Shown: piece after piece, positions 46,839 through 55,959 of the stretch | Layout of the letters: each line of letters opens with the position of its first letter | Numbering within the stretch: the stretch's first letter is position 1 | NCBI GenBank assembly: GCA_946965045.2 | Contig: OX337236.1 | Span: forward strand, 3,410,001-3,474,000 | DNA length: 64,000 bases | Origin: Epithemia pelagica | Taxonomy: Eukaryota; Protista; Bacillariophyta | Direction of reading: 5' to 3' | Program-made: the position numbers and the translations under genes | The notes under the pieces: generated by a model | Told to the model about the DNA's origin: nothing | Databases searched by the model: none | Seen by the model: only the letters and a program-made list of their open reading frames with translations

Positions 46839-47639
46839 ATGAGCACTCACAATAACAATGGTCTTTACGACTCAATTCAACAAAATGAGCCTGTCCAAGG
46901 TGACCATGAAGGAACCGATCCTTCACAGGCTCGTTCCAATCATGGCAACCATCGTGGTAACCATGGTACAGCAATCAATGACCGCTTTGTCATATCTCCT
47001 CCCGTGGACACGGAATCCGCGATCGCTCACTCTTCTGCACATCCTCTTAACGTGAGAGCTACGTTGTCCGCAACTGGTTGGATCCCCCCCCTCTCCCACG
47101 GCCGTCTGGCATTCAACACTCGCTTTTCTCGTACCTTTGTGTTTCGGAACTGCAGTCCGCCTGTCCGTGATGCGATGCAGGTCATCACCGCGCTTCTCAC
47201 AGAAATCGAAGGCTTTGACCCTGCTGTCGCTGCTTCACTCCGTCACGAGAACGGTACAGAATTCTCTGACCGCACGAGACATGGTGGAACACGCGGTATT
47301 CCTGATGGAAAGTATCTGATTCGTCTAGATTTGTACCAAACAGCTGTTCCTGGTTACATCGGCCGAGAAGATTGGGAGGCAATCCAAGTAGTGAAGACTT
47401 CAATTATTTACGAAGACAACCACCCCATCGCCAAATTAGTGACATCTGCCCCCAAAGTGTACCTGTTCAATAAGAGGGATGAGTCGTGGACATTGGTGAA
47501 TCATATGCCCATCCACCACTCAACGGACGAAGAACGATTCTCCGTGGAATCCGGTATTCTCGTATCTCCCGCATTTAATGGTGTGGAGGTCTACCCCCAA
47601 TGCTCTTTCCGAATGTCTTATCCTCCTTACCGTACCTAG
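46839..47639 (+). CDS. Element cargo ORF A, unknown function (~266 aa); paralogue of ORF B
   Basis: Long ORF bounded by AT-rich spacers; ATG at 46839 is preferred over the upstream GTG. The C-terminal half aligns with ORF B. Confidence 0.65.
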   Translation: MSTHNNNGLYDSIQQNEPVQGDHEGTDPSQARSNHGNHRGNHGTAINDRFVISPPVDTESAIAHSSAHPLNVRATLSATGWIPPLSHGRLAFNTRFSRTFVFRNCSPPVRDAMQVITALLTEIEGFDPAVAASLRHENGTEFSDRTRHGGTRGIPDGKYLIRLDLYQTAVPGYIGREDWEAIQVVKTSIIYEDNHPIAKLVTSAPKVYLFNKRDESWTLVNHMPIHHSTDEERFSVESGILVSPAFNGVEVYPQCSFRMSYPPYRT

Positions 47640-47718
47640 ATAACCTTAATTATAGTCTCAATGTTTCAGTACACGAATTATAATTTTAGTCATACATATC
47701 TAATAGATTACCACCGTC

Positions 47719-48675
47719 TTACAACGGATAAGTACTCATGAATCCCGTGAATTTAAGATCCTGAGTAATCATACAAGTACGGATCACCATATTATCAGTC
47801 GCGATTGTTCGATGCCCCAGGTAATCCCACGGCGAATCAGCGTTGCGTTTGAAAATATGAACATATTTTGAGGAACTCACGATACGCAAAATTCCCACAC
47901 CCATGGAATACATGACGTAGGTCTCCACAGTCTGATAACAATAGTACTCCGGGAAAGTGAAGATTCGTTCCCTGTCAATATGGGGACCACACCGATAAAA
48001 ATCAACACGAGCCAAATGCGCACCATCTACTACCACCATAGGACAATGATCTCGCTCCAGTCTCTCACTTGGTGAAACTTGCAACAATCTACCCTGGGGA
48101 GTATCACGAAACCCCTTCCCACGAAGAAATCCAACAATAAGATCGTTGAAGTGACCGGTTGGTTCATAGAGTCCCGGATAGTCATGCATCTTGAAACGTC
48201 GTGTCAGCGGTTCCTGCTCAGCCGGTTCACGTCGCCAAGCGACTGGCTCTGTCATAGGGATGGGATGTGTCGGCCGTTCTGGAAAGTTCACACGTTGAGT
48301 AATTTGCGTTCGTACTCCACCGCGTAATTGTGCCCGAGTCAGTCCCTCTACTACTTCTCCAGTAGACTGTACGACATCTGGCGAAGACCGGGAACCATCA
48401 TTCTCGTTGTTGTTGTCCGTAGTCTCCTCTGCAGCCATCCCCTCGTGATCGTTATTGTTGTCGTTGTCTTTGTTGTTTGTAGGTTTGTTGTTGTCGTTTG
48501 TAGTTCCGCTGTTGTCGTTGTTGTTATTGTTGGTGTCCTGGGCAGGCCGTTTGTGATCTTCCTCGTTGTTGATGCTGTCCTGGGCAGGCCGTTTACGATC
48601 TTCCTCCGGCGATGCAGTGAGGTCAATGACCTCGCTTTTGCGTTTGTTTCCACCCTTTTTGTTGTCAGATGACAT
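47719..48675 (-). CDS. Element cargo ORF B, unknown function (318 aa); N-terminal KRK plus VIDLT motif
   Basis: ATG-initiated, convergent with ORF A. Low-complexity N-terminus with a 14-aa repeat (EEDRKRPAQDSINN/EEDHKRPAQDTNNN), then a globular-looking C-terminus similar to ORF A. Confidence 0.7.
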   Translation of the reverse strand: MSSDNKKGGNKRKSEVIDLTASPEEDRKRPAQDSINNEEDHKRPAQDTNNNNNDNSGTTNDNNKPTNNKDNDNNNDHEGMAAEETTDNNNENDGSRSSPDVVQSTGEVVEGLTRAQLRGGVRTQITQRVNFPERPTHPIPMTEPVAWRREPAEQEPLTRRFKMHDYPGLYEPTGHFNDLIVGFLRGKGFRDTPQGRLLQVSPSERLERDHCPMVVVDGAHLARVDFYRCGPHIDRERIFTFPEYYCYQTVETYVMYSMGVGILRIVSSSKYVHIFKRNADSPWDYLGHRTIATDNMVIRTCMITQDLKFTGFMSTYPL

Positions 48676-49023
48676 GTTTTATGAACCTAACCTACGCCTA
48701 CGTCTAACCTAAAGATCAAAATGTAACAACCGTCCGATACCGTGTGTGCTTGTCGTCTCATGGTGAATCGACCATCCAAAAAAGGCACGAAAAAAGGTCG
48801 AAGACACCAAAAAAGCTAAAACACGAGTCATGTTTCGTTTGTACTGGACAATAGTAGTCCCTCGCTAAAAATAGACGACAATATGTTAATTACAACTGGC
48901 GATACTGCCAGACATGATCGCCATACAGGTTACATTATCGCCATAAAGGACCAAATCGCTAACAAAATTGAGCGTTGATCCTCATTCTATCATGATTCGG
49001 TCTTATAAAATCCATTTTGAAAA

Positions 49024-49605
49024 ATGAGTGAATCCTGTGGCGGGGATCGTGTATGTGTATGGAATATTGGTGATATCGCGGTGGTGAACTCTCGTTCCTC
49101 CAGTCGCAAGAACTACCTGGGATGGGTCACTCGTGTTCCAGAGACCATTGGATCGAGGAAGCGTGTGACACTCCAATTTGCAGATGGACAGAAATCTTCC
49201 TACCAACCCAAAAATTTAAGATTGCCCCGTGACCCAAGATCGGCGCGGACCAGTGTACAGACAAATCCATTCTACCAAGTGTTCTGTAACGAGTATATTA
49301 TCAACCAAGCGAAAAGGAACGTCAACATAATTGAAGAAACCCAACCGACAGAAGACACAAGGGAGGATCGCCAAAACAAAGATTCACCGACGCATGAGTC
49401 GCCTATTCCTGATGAAATTCCTTCCGAGATTCCCTTGCATTCTTCACGTCGTTATCGTACAAGTGCACGCGAGACAACCGCCAGAGATGAGACACAAGGC
49501 ATACTTCTCGAAATTGTGAAAGAATTGAAACTGTTAAATCTTCGTGTATGTGACATGGAAGACCGAATTAAAAATGTCGAAGATGATGGGTCCATCATGT
49601 CGTAG
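49024..49605 (+). CDS. Element cargo ORF C (193 aa): N-terminal SH3/KOW/Tudor-like beta-barrel pattern, C-terminal coiled coil
   Basis: WNIGDIAVVNS...YLGWVTRV...KRVTLQFADG..SSYQPKNLR fits a small beta-barrel pattern. ILLEIVKELKLLNLRVCDMEDRIKNVE has heptad character. The fold call is by eye. Confidence 0.6.
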   Translation: MSESCGGDRVCVWNIGDIAVVNSRSSSRKNYLGWVTRVPETIGSRKRVTLQFADGQKSSYQPKNLRLPRDPRSARTSVQTNPFYQVFCNEYIINQAKRNVNIIEETQPTEDTREDRQNKDSPTHESPIPDEIPSEIPLHSSRRYRTSARETTARDETQGILLEIVKELKLLNLRVCDMEDRIKNVEDDGSIMS

Positions 49606-49775
49606 TATCAGATTAGCTTAATTAATTTAGTAGACACATATGCTTACTTACTCTGCTTTGACAACGTAGGGCTTAGATAGTCTTGTGTATTTAGACTGTC
49701 CCGTACTCTAGCGATATAGTGGGTCGAGTGTCCACACAGGCAAGAAACAAGAAACCAAACAACCAACAAGCAACG

Positions 49776-50285
49776 ATGGCAAACGAAGATCTCGTCGCCC
49801 GTGTGATCGCAACGATTGAAAAAGATGAAGAAGAGGACCTACCAACATCTCCTCTTAAGGGTTTTTTGCGTTACCTACAGAAAGAAGGTGAAGATACACA
49901 ACAACGCAAAAAGCAGAAGCTCAATGGGCCGAGTGACAACAAACATAACAGGAACAGGAACAGTCCTGTTACTGTAGATCCAAGTGGAGTGGTATGGGAC
50001 AACAGGATCGTTGCAATCACGGAGTACAGTGACGGATCGTGTACTCTTCACTACGACGACGAGAAGTCACGTCATGTCCCAGTGCCAACAAAGAAAAACA
50101 AGCTAGTCCAGCTCAAGATGGAAATGTTTCTGCCAAAACAAACGAAGAACGACAACAAGAGTACCACACGGAAGCAAACTTCCGAAGGGACAACAATCCA
50201 GCGGGAGTCGAATGCTTTGAAGACACTAGAAGAGTCCGAGAAAGAACATCGTAAACGCTACGAAGACTTAGTGAACAATAGTTAA
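49776..50285 (+). CDS. Element cargo ORF D (~169 aa); paralogue of ORF E, PIP-box-like motif
   Basis: N-terminus LVARVIATIEKDEEEDLPTSPLKGFLRYLQKE aligns with ORF E; contains QLKMEMFL. Confidence 0.65.
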   Translation: MANEDLVARVIATIEKDEEEDLPTSPLKGFLRYLQKEGEDTQQRKKQKLNGPSDNKHNRNRNSPVTVDPSGVVWDNRIVAITEYSDGSCTLHYDDEKSRHVPVPTKKNKLVQLKMEMFLPKQTKNDNKSTTRKQTSEGTTIQRESNALKTLEESEKEHRKRYEDLVNNS

Positions 50286-50406
50286 ACTATGTATCGGATA
50301 TTTAGTACAAAAATATTCAATATAGAAACAAATTGTACTTATACATAAAACAAGTTGTGTCACGTAGGAAAGATAGAGCGAGAACGTATGGACGGATATT
50401 TTCGAT

Positions 50407-50534
50407 AAGTAACATAATAGGCATTAGGTCTTTAATAACCGTCCCGTTTAATCTTTAATAACCGTTCCAGTAAGTAACCTAATAGGTATTAGGTCTAAAT
50501 GAGCCCTTCCATTTAGTCTTTAATAACCGTTTCC
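50407..50534. repeat. AT-rich ~64-bp tandem duplication with three TCTTTAATAACCGT motifs inside the YR element
   Basis: taagtaac(a/c)taatagg(c/t)attaggtct at 50407 and 50471; tctttaataaccgt at 50429, 50452 and 50517. Confidence 0.8.
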
Positions 50535-50668
50535 GTTGGATTTTTAAATCAAGTGAATGGAATACATAGGGATGTAGTAACTCGCCCGGCAGACTGATAC
50601 CGAGTCAGCAAGAGCCAGCCAGACATAGGGTTGGAGCGGAACGCAGAAGAAACAAAGCGGATTTGACC

Positions 50669-51259
50669 ATGACGGACCCCCAGCAGCTACTTGACCGCGT
50701 CAAATCAACCATCCTACGGGATGAAGAGGAAGGAGCACCGACGGATTATCTCCATGGGTTCTATAAAGCCCTACAAGAGGAGATGATGGAGGAAATGATG
50801 GAAGAAGAAGTGGAGATGAGCGAAAAAAGCAACAACCAAATGGACGAAGACAAGGACGACGACGACGACGACGACGACTCTGTGAAGACCTTCGACAAGA
50901 TCCTTCGCATGAACATGTCGGATAGTGACGACAGTGATGCAGAAGAGCCCTTAGATGTGGATTCCGAGATGGACGAGGCCAAGAGGATGAAGCTGATTGA
51001 AAAATACAACCGTATTATGAAGACGGGTCGAGTGGATGCTACGGAGGACAACGAAGAAGAAGACACTCACAACGACCGCGTGACAGCGATCGATGAATTC
51101 AGAGATGGAACTCTCATGCTGTACTACGGAGGGTATCGCGCAGTTCGATACCCTCCGAAGAAGGCAGACAAAAACAACAAAACAACAGTCCAGACGAAGA
51201 TGACTACGTTTTTCACGAGGAGCGACAAGAACAACGCAACTCGGAAGGACACGAAATAG
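50669..51259 (+). CDS. Element cargo ORF E (~196 aa), acidic; canonical PIP-box-like motif near the C-terminus
   Basis: LLDRVKSTILRDEEEGAPTDYLHGFYKALQEE aligns with ORF D. D/E-rich middle region; QTKMTTFF at 51191-51214. Confidence 0.68.
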   Translation: MTDPQQLLDRVKSTILRDEEEGAPTDYLHGFYKALQEEMMEEMMEEEVEMSEKSNNQMDEDKDDDDDDDDSVKTFDKILRMNMSDSDDSDAEEPLDVDSEMDEAKRMKLIEKYNRIMKTGRVDATEDNEEEDTHNDRVTAIDEFRDGTLMLYYGGYRAVRYPPKKADKNNKTTVQTKMTTFFTRSDKNNATRKDTK

Positions 51260-51830
51260 TTACGTTAAATTAGTACCGAAGAGTTAGGCATATCAACTGT
51301 GAATGAAAATTAGATACCAAGACCATGGACACGAGCAATGGCGGAGAAATTGTAGACGATTTTGACCGAAATGTGGACAGAAATGTCGCATCATGAACGA
51401 AAATGTCCGGCAACAAGACCCAATCCCGTTGTCCCATACCGTTACGGGTTTGAATTTGATTGTACGATGATTGGAGGGGCAGGCGTGGGTGGCTGGCGAA
51501 AGAAAGCGCAGGACAATAAATTTCGAGCCTGGCCATTACTTCAGTGGGCCAAGCTTGACCTTTGGCCCCGTAGTGCGACTACGAATAACCCAGGCCAAAG
51601 CCTAAAAATCTAGAGAAAATAATGCCTCTTTTTTCTTGGGGCTTGCAATGAAATCTATGTGCGATTGATTGTCCTTCACCATCGTACGCAGGACAGGCAA
51701 AACTTTTCTGTCTCCATAAAAAACACACCGCGGTCTCCACGCAAAAAAGCAAAGCTTCCACGCGTTGCTCTATTATTACAAAAATACCCTCTGCCATTTC
51801 TTGTCAACGTATTAGTAAAGCGCCGTGACC

Positions 51831-52934
51831 ATGACAACGACACTGCAAAAGCAAGCATGGCAGTCGGGCCTTGTCCTATTTGACGAGACACCTGAGTGGA
51901 ATATCGAGGACTGGCCTTCTCTTGTGGATGGATGGCGTGCAGGTCATGCTTCGGTCGTACTGAACCATACCGATAACAACCAAGAACAAACCGTCGTCGT
52001 GTCGGGAGGATATCGAACAGGTCAAGGCGAGCTAGATTCCATTCTTGTATTAAACTTGGCAGAATCAAACAAACAGTGGCGAGACGGACCACGCATGAAC
52101 CAGAAACGTGATGGACATGCCGCTGTTGTGTGCAATGGAGGCATTTACGTGATGGGAGGAGACAATGGAGGTTCAGATTTGAATTGCATGGAACGAATCG
52201 ACGCCAATGATTTGCTTCGATCATCCTTAACAACCACCACCACGCAGGATAGTCATTGGACAACATTGAATTGTCGCTTATCAACGCCACGATGGGGATG
52301 TGGTGCAGTCGCGGTTCACAACAGATACATCGTTGTAATGGGTGGCTACAACGATCGTTATTTGTCGTCGGTGGATATTATAGATACAAACAACCACACT
52401 GTCACTGCGGGACCATCCATGACTGTTCCACGACAACTTTGTGGCAGTGCGGTGATTGGCCACCGCATCTTTGTCGTTGGAGGTTGGAACGGTAATGAAT
52501 ATCTTGACTCGGTGGAGTATTTGGACTATGCAACACCCTTTGACAATGATGAGACAGAAAAGGAGATAGGCTCGACGTTGATTTCTTTCTCACCCACCTG
52601 GACCACTCATTCTGATCTGGTCCTTTCCAATGCACGAACTTCTTGTGCAATGGTTGCCGTGGGATCTTGTCTGGTTGTTGCAGGAGGATGGGGCAATTCA
52701 ACCGTGGAAGTCTTGGATACGCACTTCAACCGCGTGTGGAATCTTCCACCATTCGGAAATCACCGTGATGGCTGCAATATGGTGACTGCCAATCAAGTTG
52801 CCGTGATTGGTGGTGTGTACAATTTTACCTGTGCGACATTACCACTAATGGATAGGAATTCGTGGTGCTTTCGTCGACTCTGTGACCAGCATCCAAACGG
52901 ATGGTATCAGTCTCTGGATGGACTGAGCATCTAA
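51831..52934 (+). CDS. Kelch-repeat protein K10 (~367 aa), tail truncated by TAA
   Basis: Six blades. The stop falls at the same codon as in K7, and the ARKRARS tail is still readable downstream. Starts about 200 bp after the YR element. Confidence 0.85.
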   Translation: MTTTLQKQAWQSGLVLFDETPEWNIEDWPSLVDGWRAGHASVVLNHTDNNQEQTVVVSGGYRTGQGELDSILVLNLAESNKQWRDGPRMNQKRDGHAAVVCNGGIYVMGGDNGGSDLNCMERIDANDLLRSSLTTTTTQDSHWTTLNCRLSTPRWGCGAVAVHNRYIVVMGGYNDRYLSSVDIIDTNNHTVTAGPSMTVPRQLCGSAVIGHRIFVVGGWNGNEYLDSVEYLDYATPFDNDETEKEIGSTLISFSPTWTTHSDLVLSNARTSCAMVAVGSCLVVAGGWGNSTVEVLDTHFNRVWNLPPFGNHRDGCNMVTANQVAVIGGVYNFTCATLPLMDRNSWCFRRLCDQHPNGWYQSLDGLSI

Positions 52935-53301
52935 CATGCTGATGTTTCTCCCTTTCCTACATCGACATCAGCTCGTAAACGCGCAAGGTCCAATGGAGTT
53001 TATTTCTCTAGTGGTTGACTTGTTTTCAACGTTCGATTGCAATCCTAGGACCTAGTATTATAAGTGTTTACTCAAGAGTAGAAACAATATGTTGCAAGAT
53101 AGAACATGCTTGTATTTTGTGAAAGGCGGGGAAAGAACGACCCGATTTGTGTACCTCTACAAGTGGTACTACGCTTCGGCCATTACCCATTTATATCTGT
53201 CAGTTGTGGGACAGTGCCACAACCGTGACTGTGCAGTCGTGAGACCACACTCTAAATAACACAGAATGGATTGCTAGCTGTGGCACGGAGGCCACCAACC
53301 A

Positions 53302-53982
53302 ATGAGAGGAGCAGGAACAAAAGCACGCCAAGGCAAAACCTTGTTGGACCTGACGTTGTCGAGTTTGTATGGAAGTAAGGAGGGAGGACCATGTCATAGT
53401 ATCCAATTCCGACATGATGGCCAAGAACAGGTTGTCCCTTTCGGAGGAGTCTCCGCGCTCCAATCACAATGCCTTCTTCTACCTGATGTTGCATGTGAAT
53501 CACAATACGTTGCTGCACTTGACATGTACCATAGTAATGTGTCATTTGCCCGATATGAAAGGTCGCCACACTTGGATCATCCGCAAACGTTCTACGGGTT
53601 CTTCTCGTCGCCTGACTCGCCACGCTTCGAGAATCCTAGTACCGAGATGCCTGGCTTGCATCACTTTTTTGCGGGTCATTGGTACTTCCCTGTGAAAATG
53701 CTTTGAATTTCTTTGTTCCTGCGCCCGGAGGCAACCTCGTATCAAACCGATCTTCCGTATGATTGTGTTCGTCTTCGGTCATTGGATCGTCAAAGTGCTG
53801 TCCGATGGCAAATGGCTTCGTATCAAAGGTCAACACAGATGCACCGTCCACTTCGGACTCAAACGGACCACCAGCATTCCCATCTCCCGCTTCCTCCGAT
53901 GGCAATGGCAAATTATGGTTGCTCAATGCCGTCTGGCGACAGGCCACTCTCTTCCACGACAACGCTTTCCAAGCACAAATGA
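53302..53982 (+). pseudogene. Possible eroded gene; 5' part homologous to spacers at ~35085-35225, ~42190-42345 and (minus) ~59810-59960
   Basis: ORFs 53302-53706 and 53713-53982 share a frame across one TGA. aagcacg.caaggcaa...ttgttggacc...ggaag.aaggagggaggacc.tgtcat...cctttcggaggagtc recurs in the spacers. Confidence 0.25.
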
Positions 53983-55959
53983 AACACTTGGAATTTTTAT
54001 CCAATCAAGTCTATCGGGAGCTCCATCTGTTGGTCCAATGACGAAGAAACCTGCGACTGTGCTCGATAATTTCCACCAAGGCCAAAATACCTTGCCGTGG
54101 AAGGCGCCGCCGACTCCGCCGACGCTGAAGTAGTAGGTTTTTGGTCTAAATCAAATCCCCATAAGGGCGTTTGCTTGTTTGGTAGCCGTTCTCGAAAGTC
54201 CCAACGTCCCAAACACTTGAACCATGGAGGAAGGGGATCGGACTCGAGCAATGTACGCACACAAGATGGAACACAAGCGGCCAAAGGGTGCCGCCTTGGG
54301 TAATAGCGGTTTGAGCAACGAGTGCACAGAGGACTTTTGCCCTGTGTGTCGTCCTTGCTGCTGTAACAGAGAAAATTGGTTGTTATGTTGGTGGTGCAAC
54401 AGGAGAAACTGTGTTCTCGTACGGTGGTATGCAGAACTTGTCGGACAGTATCCATGGCTTGCCAGGGTTAAATCAAATCTTCCATTGCATCGGCCCAATC
54501 CATTGCATTGACCAATGCCATGGTGGTAGATCCCACACGAGACGCTTGTTGCGCCAATTCACGAGCCATGATATTTCCAGCAGCAGTATCCCAGTGTTCC
54601 AAAATAGCTGCATCGGTCAACTCGGACAGCAAAAGGTTTCACCAGGTAGGGTACTGGTTCGAATTAAGGCGGCCAACAAACAATGCTGCATTGCGGCGAG
54701 GGGAGAACGAACCGCGGATGCATCGTGTCGGATTTGGAGGGTAAAGGACAATGCCCAGACACTGCTTTCAATTGCCTCTTCAGCCTGGACCTAATCCTCC
54801 TGAGACAAGGCTTGACAGCGACTGAACCGTGGGTGTTGTTGCTCCTCCTTTTCCTTCTCCTCGTTGCCAGTCTTTTGTGAATGTCTGCATGGGAGATGCC
54901 GGATGGAGTGGTGGTGGTCGGGGAGACGGAGTCTCCATTCCCGAGACTTGACTGGACGTATTCCGTACCGGCGACGTTTGAAAGGAGGTCTTGGTAATAG
55001 ATTTGTCGGGTGCGGTGGGTTTCCACGAGACAAAGGCCCACAAGGAATCAATCGGGTCTTTGACTGGACCCCACAATGGACGATCGTCTTGGGAGGCATC
55101 GACCGCGGTCGCTATCAAATCCAGCAAACGACTTTGCAGTTGTCGCCGATCACGTTCCAGCGCTTCTTGTTGAATTGTTCTTATCGTGTGAGCTCCAAGT
55201 TGGCGGGTGGTGCCAACAGTGTTGTCAGTGGTGATCTCCAAGCAGCAGCAAAAGCCGAAGAAGAAGCATGGCCCCATCCATGGAACTCCAAAGACGGAAT
55301 GGAGCCGTCATTGAGAAGCAAAGGGAAGGATGCAGTCTGTGGACTGCGGCAACCGCACCGAAAGTACTTCAATTGAACTTAAACAAAAGACGGCGACGGC
55401 CACAGACACATTGTGGTGCTGATTGCTGATGGTATCTTTTTATGGATCTTCCCCCCCCCAACTGTGATGTGGAGTCCCCCTCCCCCAAAGTCTGCGGAGT
55501 CTCTTCCAAATCTTGGTCGCGGGATGAGGACAGGAATGGCTCGCAGGCGCGCCGACCGAGACGAGCCCGGTCACTCTAAAATATCGATTGATGTCGTCGC
55601 CAAAAGACGACCACTCTTTAATAGAACCTACTGCTACACTCAATGGGAAACAAGGCATCTACGGTATCATCCCAACGGCAACGGCGTTCGATCCACGGCC
55701 ATGGCAGCCAAAGAATGATCATCCCAATTGGCAGTCTAAACTCATGGCAGGTATTCCTTTACAAAATTTGTACACAATTTTTGTACTGTAATACACTATG
55801 TATGTGAGGCGCGAAGCCAGCTTGTACGTGCTATATTATTTGGCACCTGTGCCGACGAGAAGAAAAACCATAGAGAGAATGCCATGAATTTTTCGTTCCA
55901 CTGCAACAAAACGACGATCGCACCAATTATGGCAGTAGTGGCACCCTGGATTCCTTCAG

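Larger units (their letters stand above)
43050..51630 (+). mobile_element. ~8.6-kb Crypton-type tyrosine-recombinase element carrying five additional ORFs
   Basis: Flanks ...accaaaagatacttt| and |ttttcttggggcttgcaatgaaatctatg rejoin to the uninterrupted paralogue (minus strand ~59040-59085: accaaaagatacttttcttggggcttgtaatgaaatctatg). The interior has no Kelch-array modules and begins with a YR gene. Ends are uncertain by about 3 bp within a T-run. Confidence 0.85.

Noticed and set aside
51191-51230. PIP degron in ORF E
   Set aside because: It has TT instead of TD at positions 5-6 and an acidic residue at +4 after FF, so only a plain PIP box is supported.
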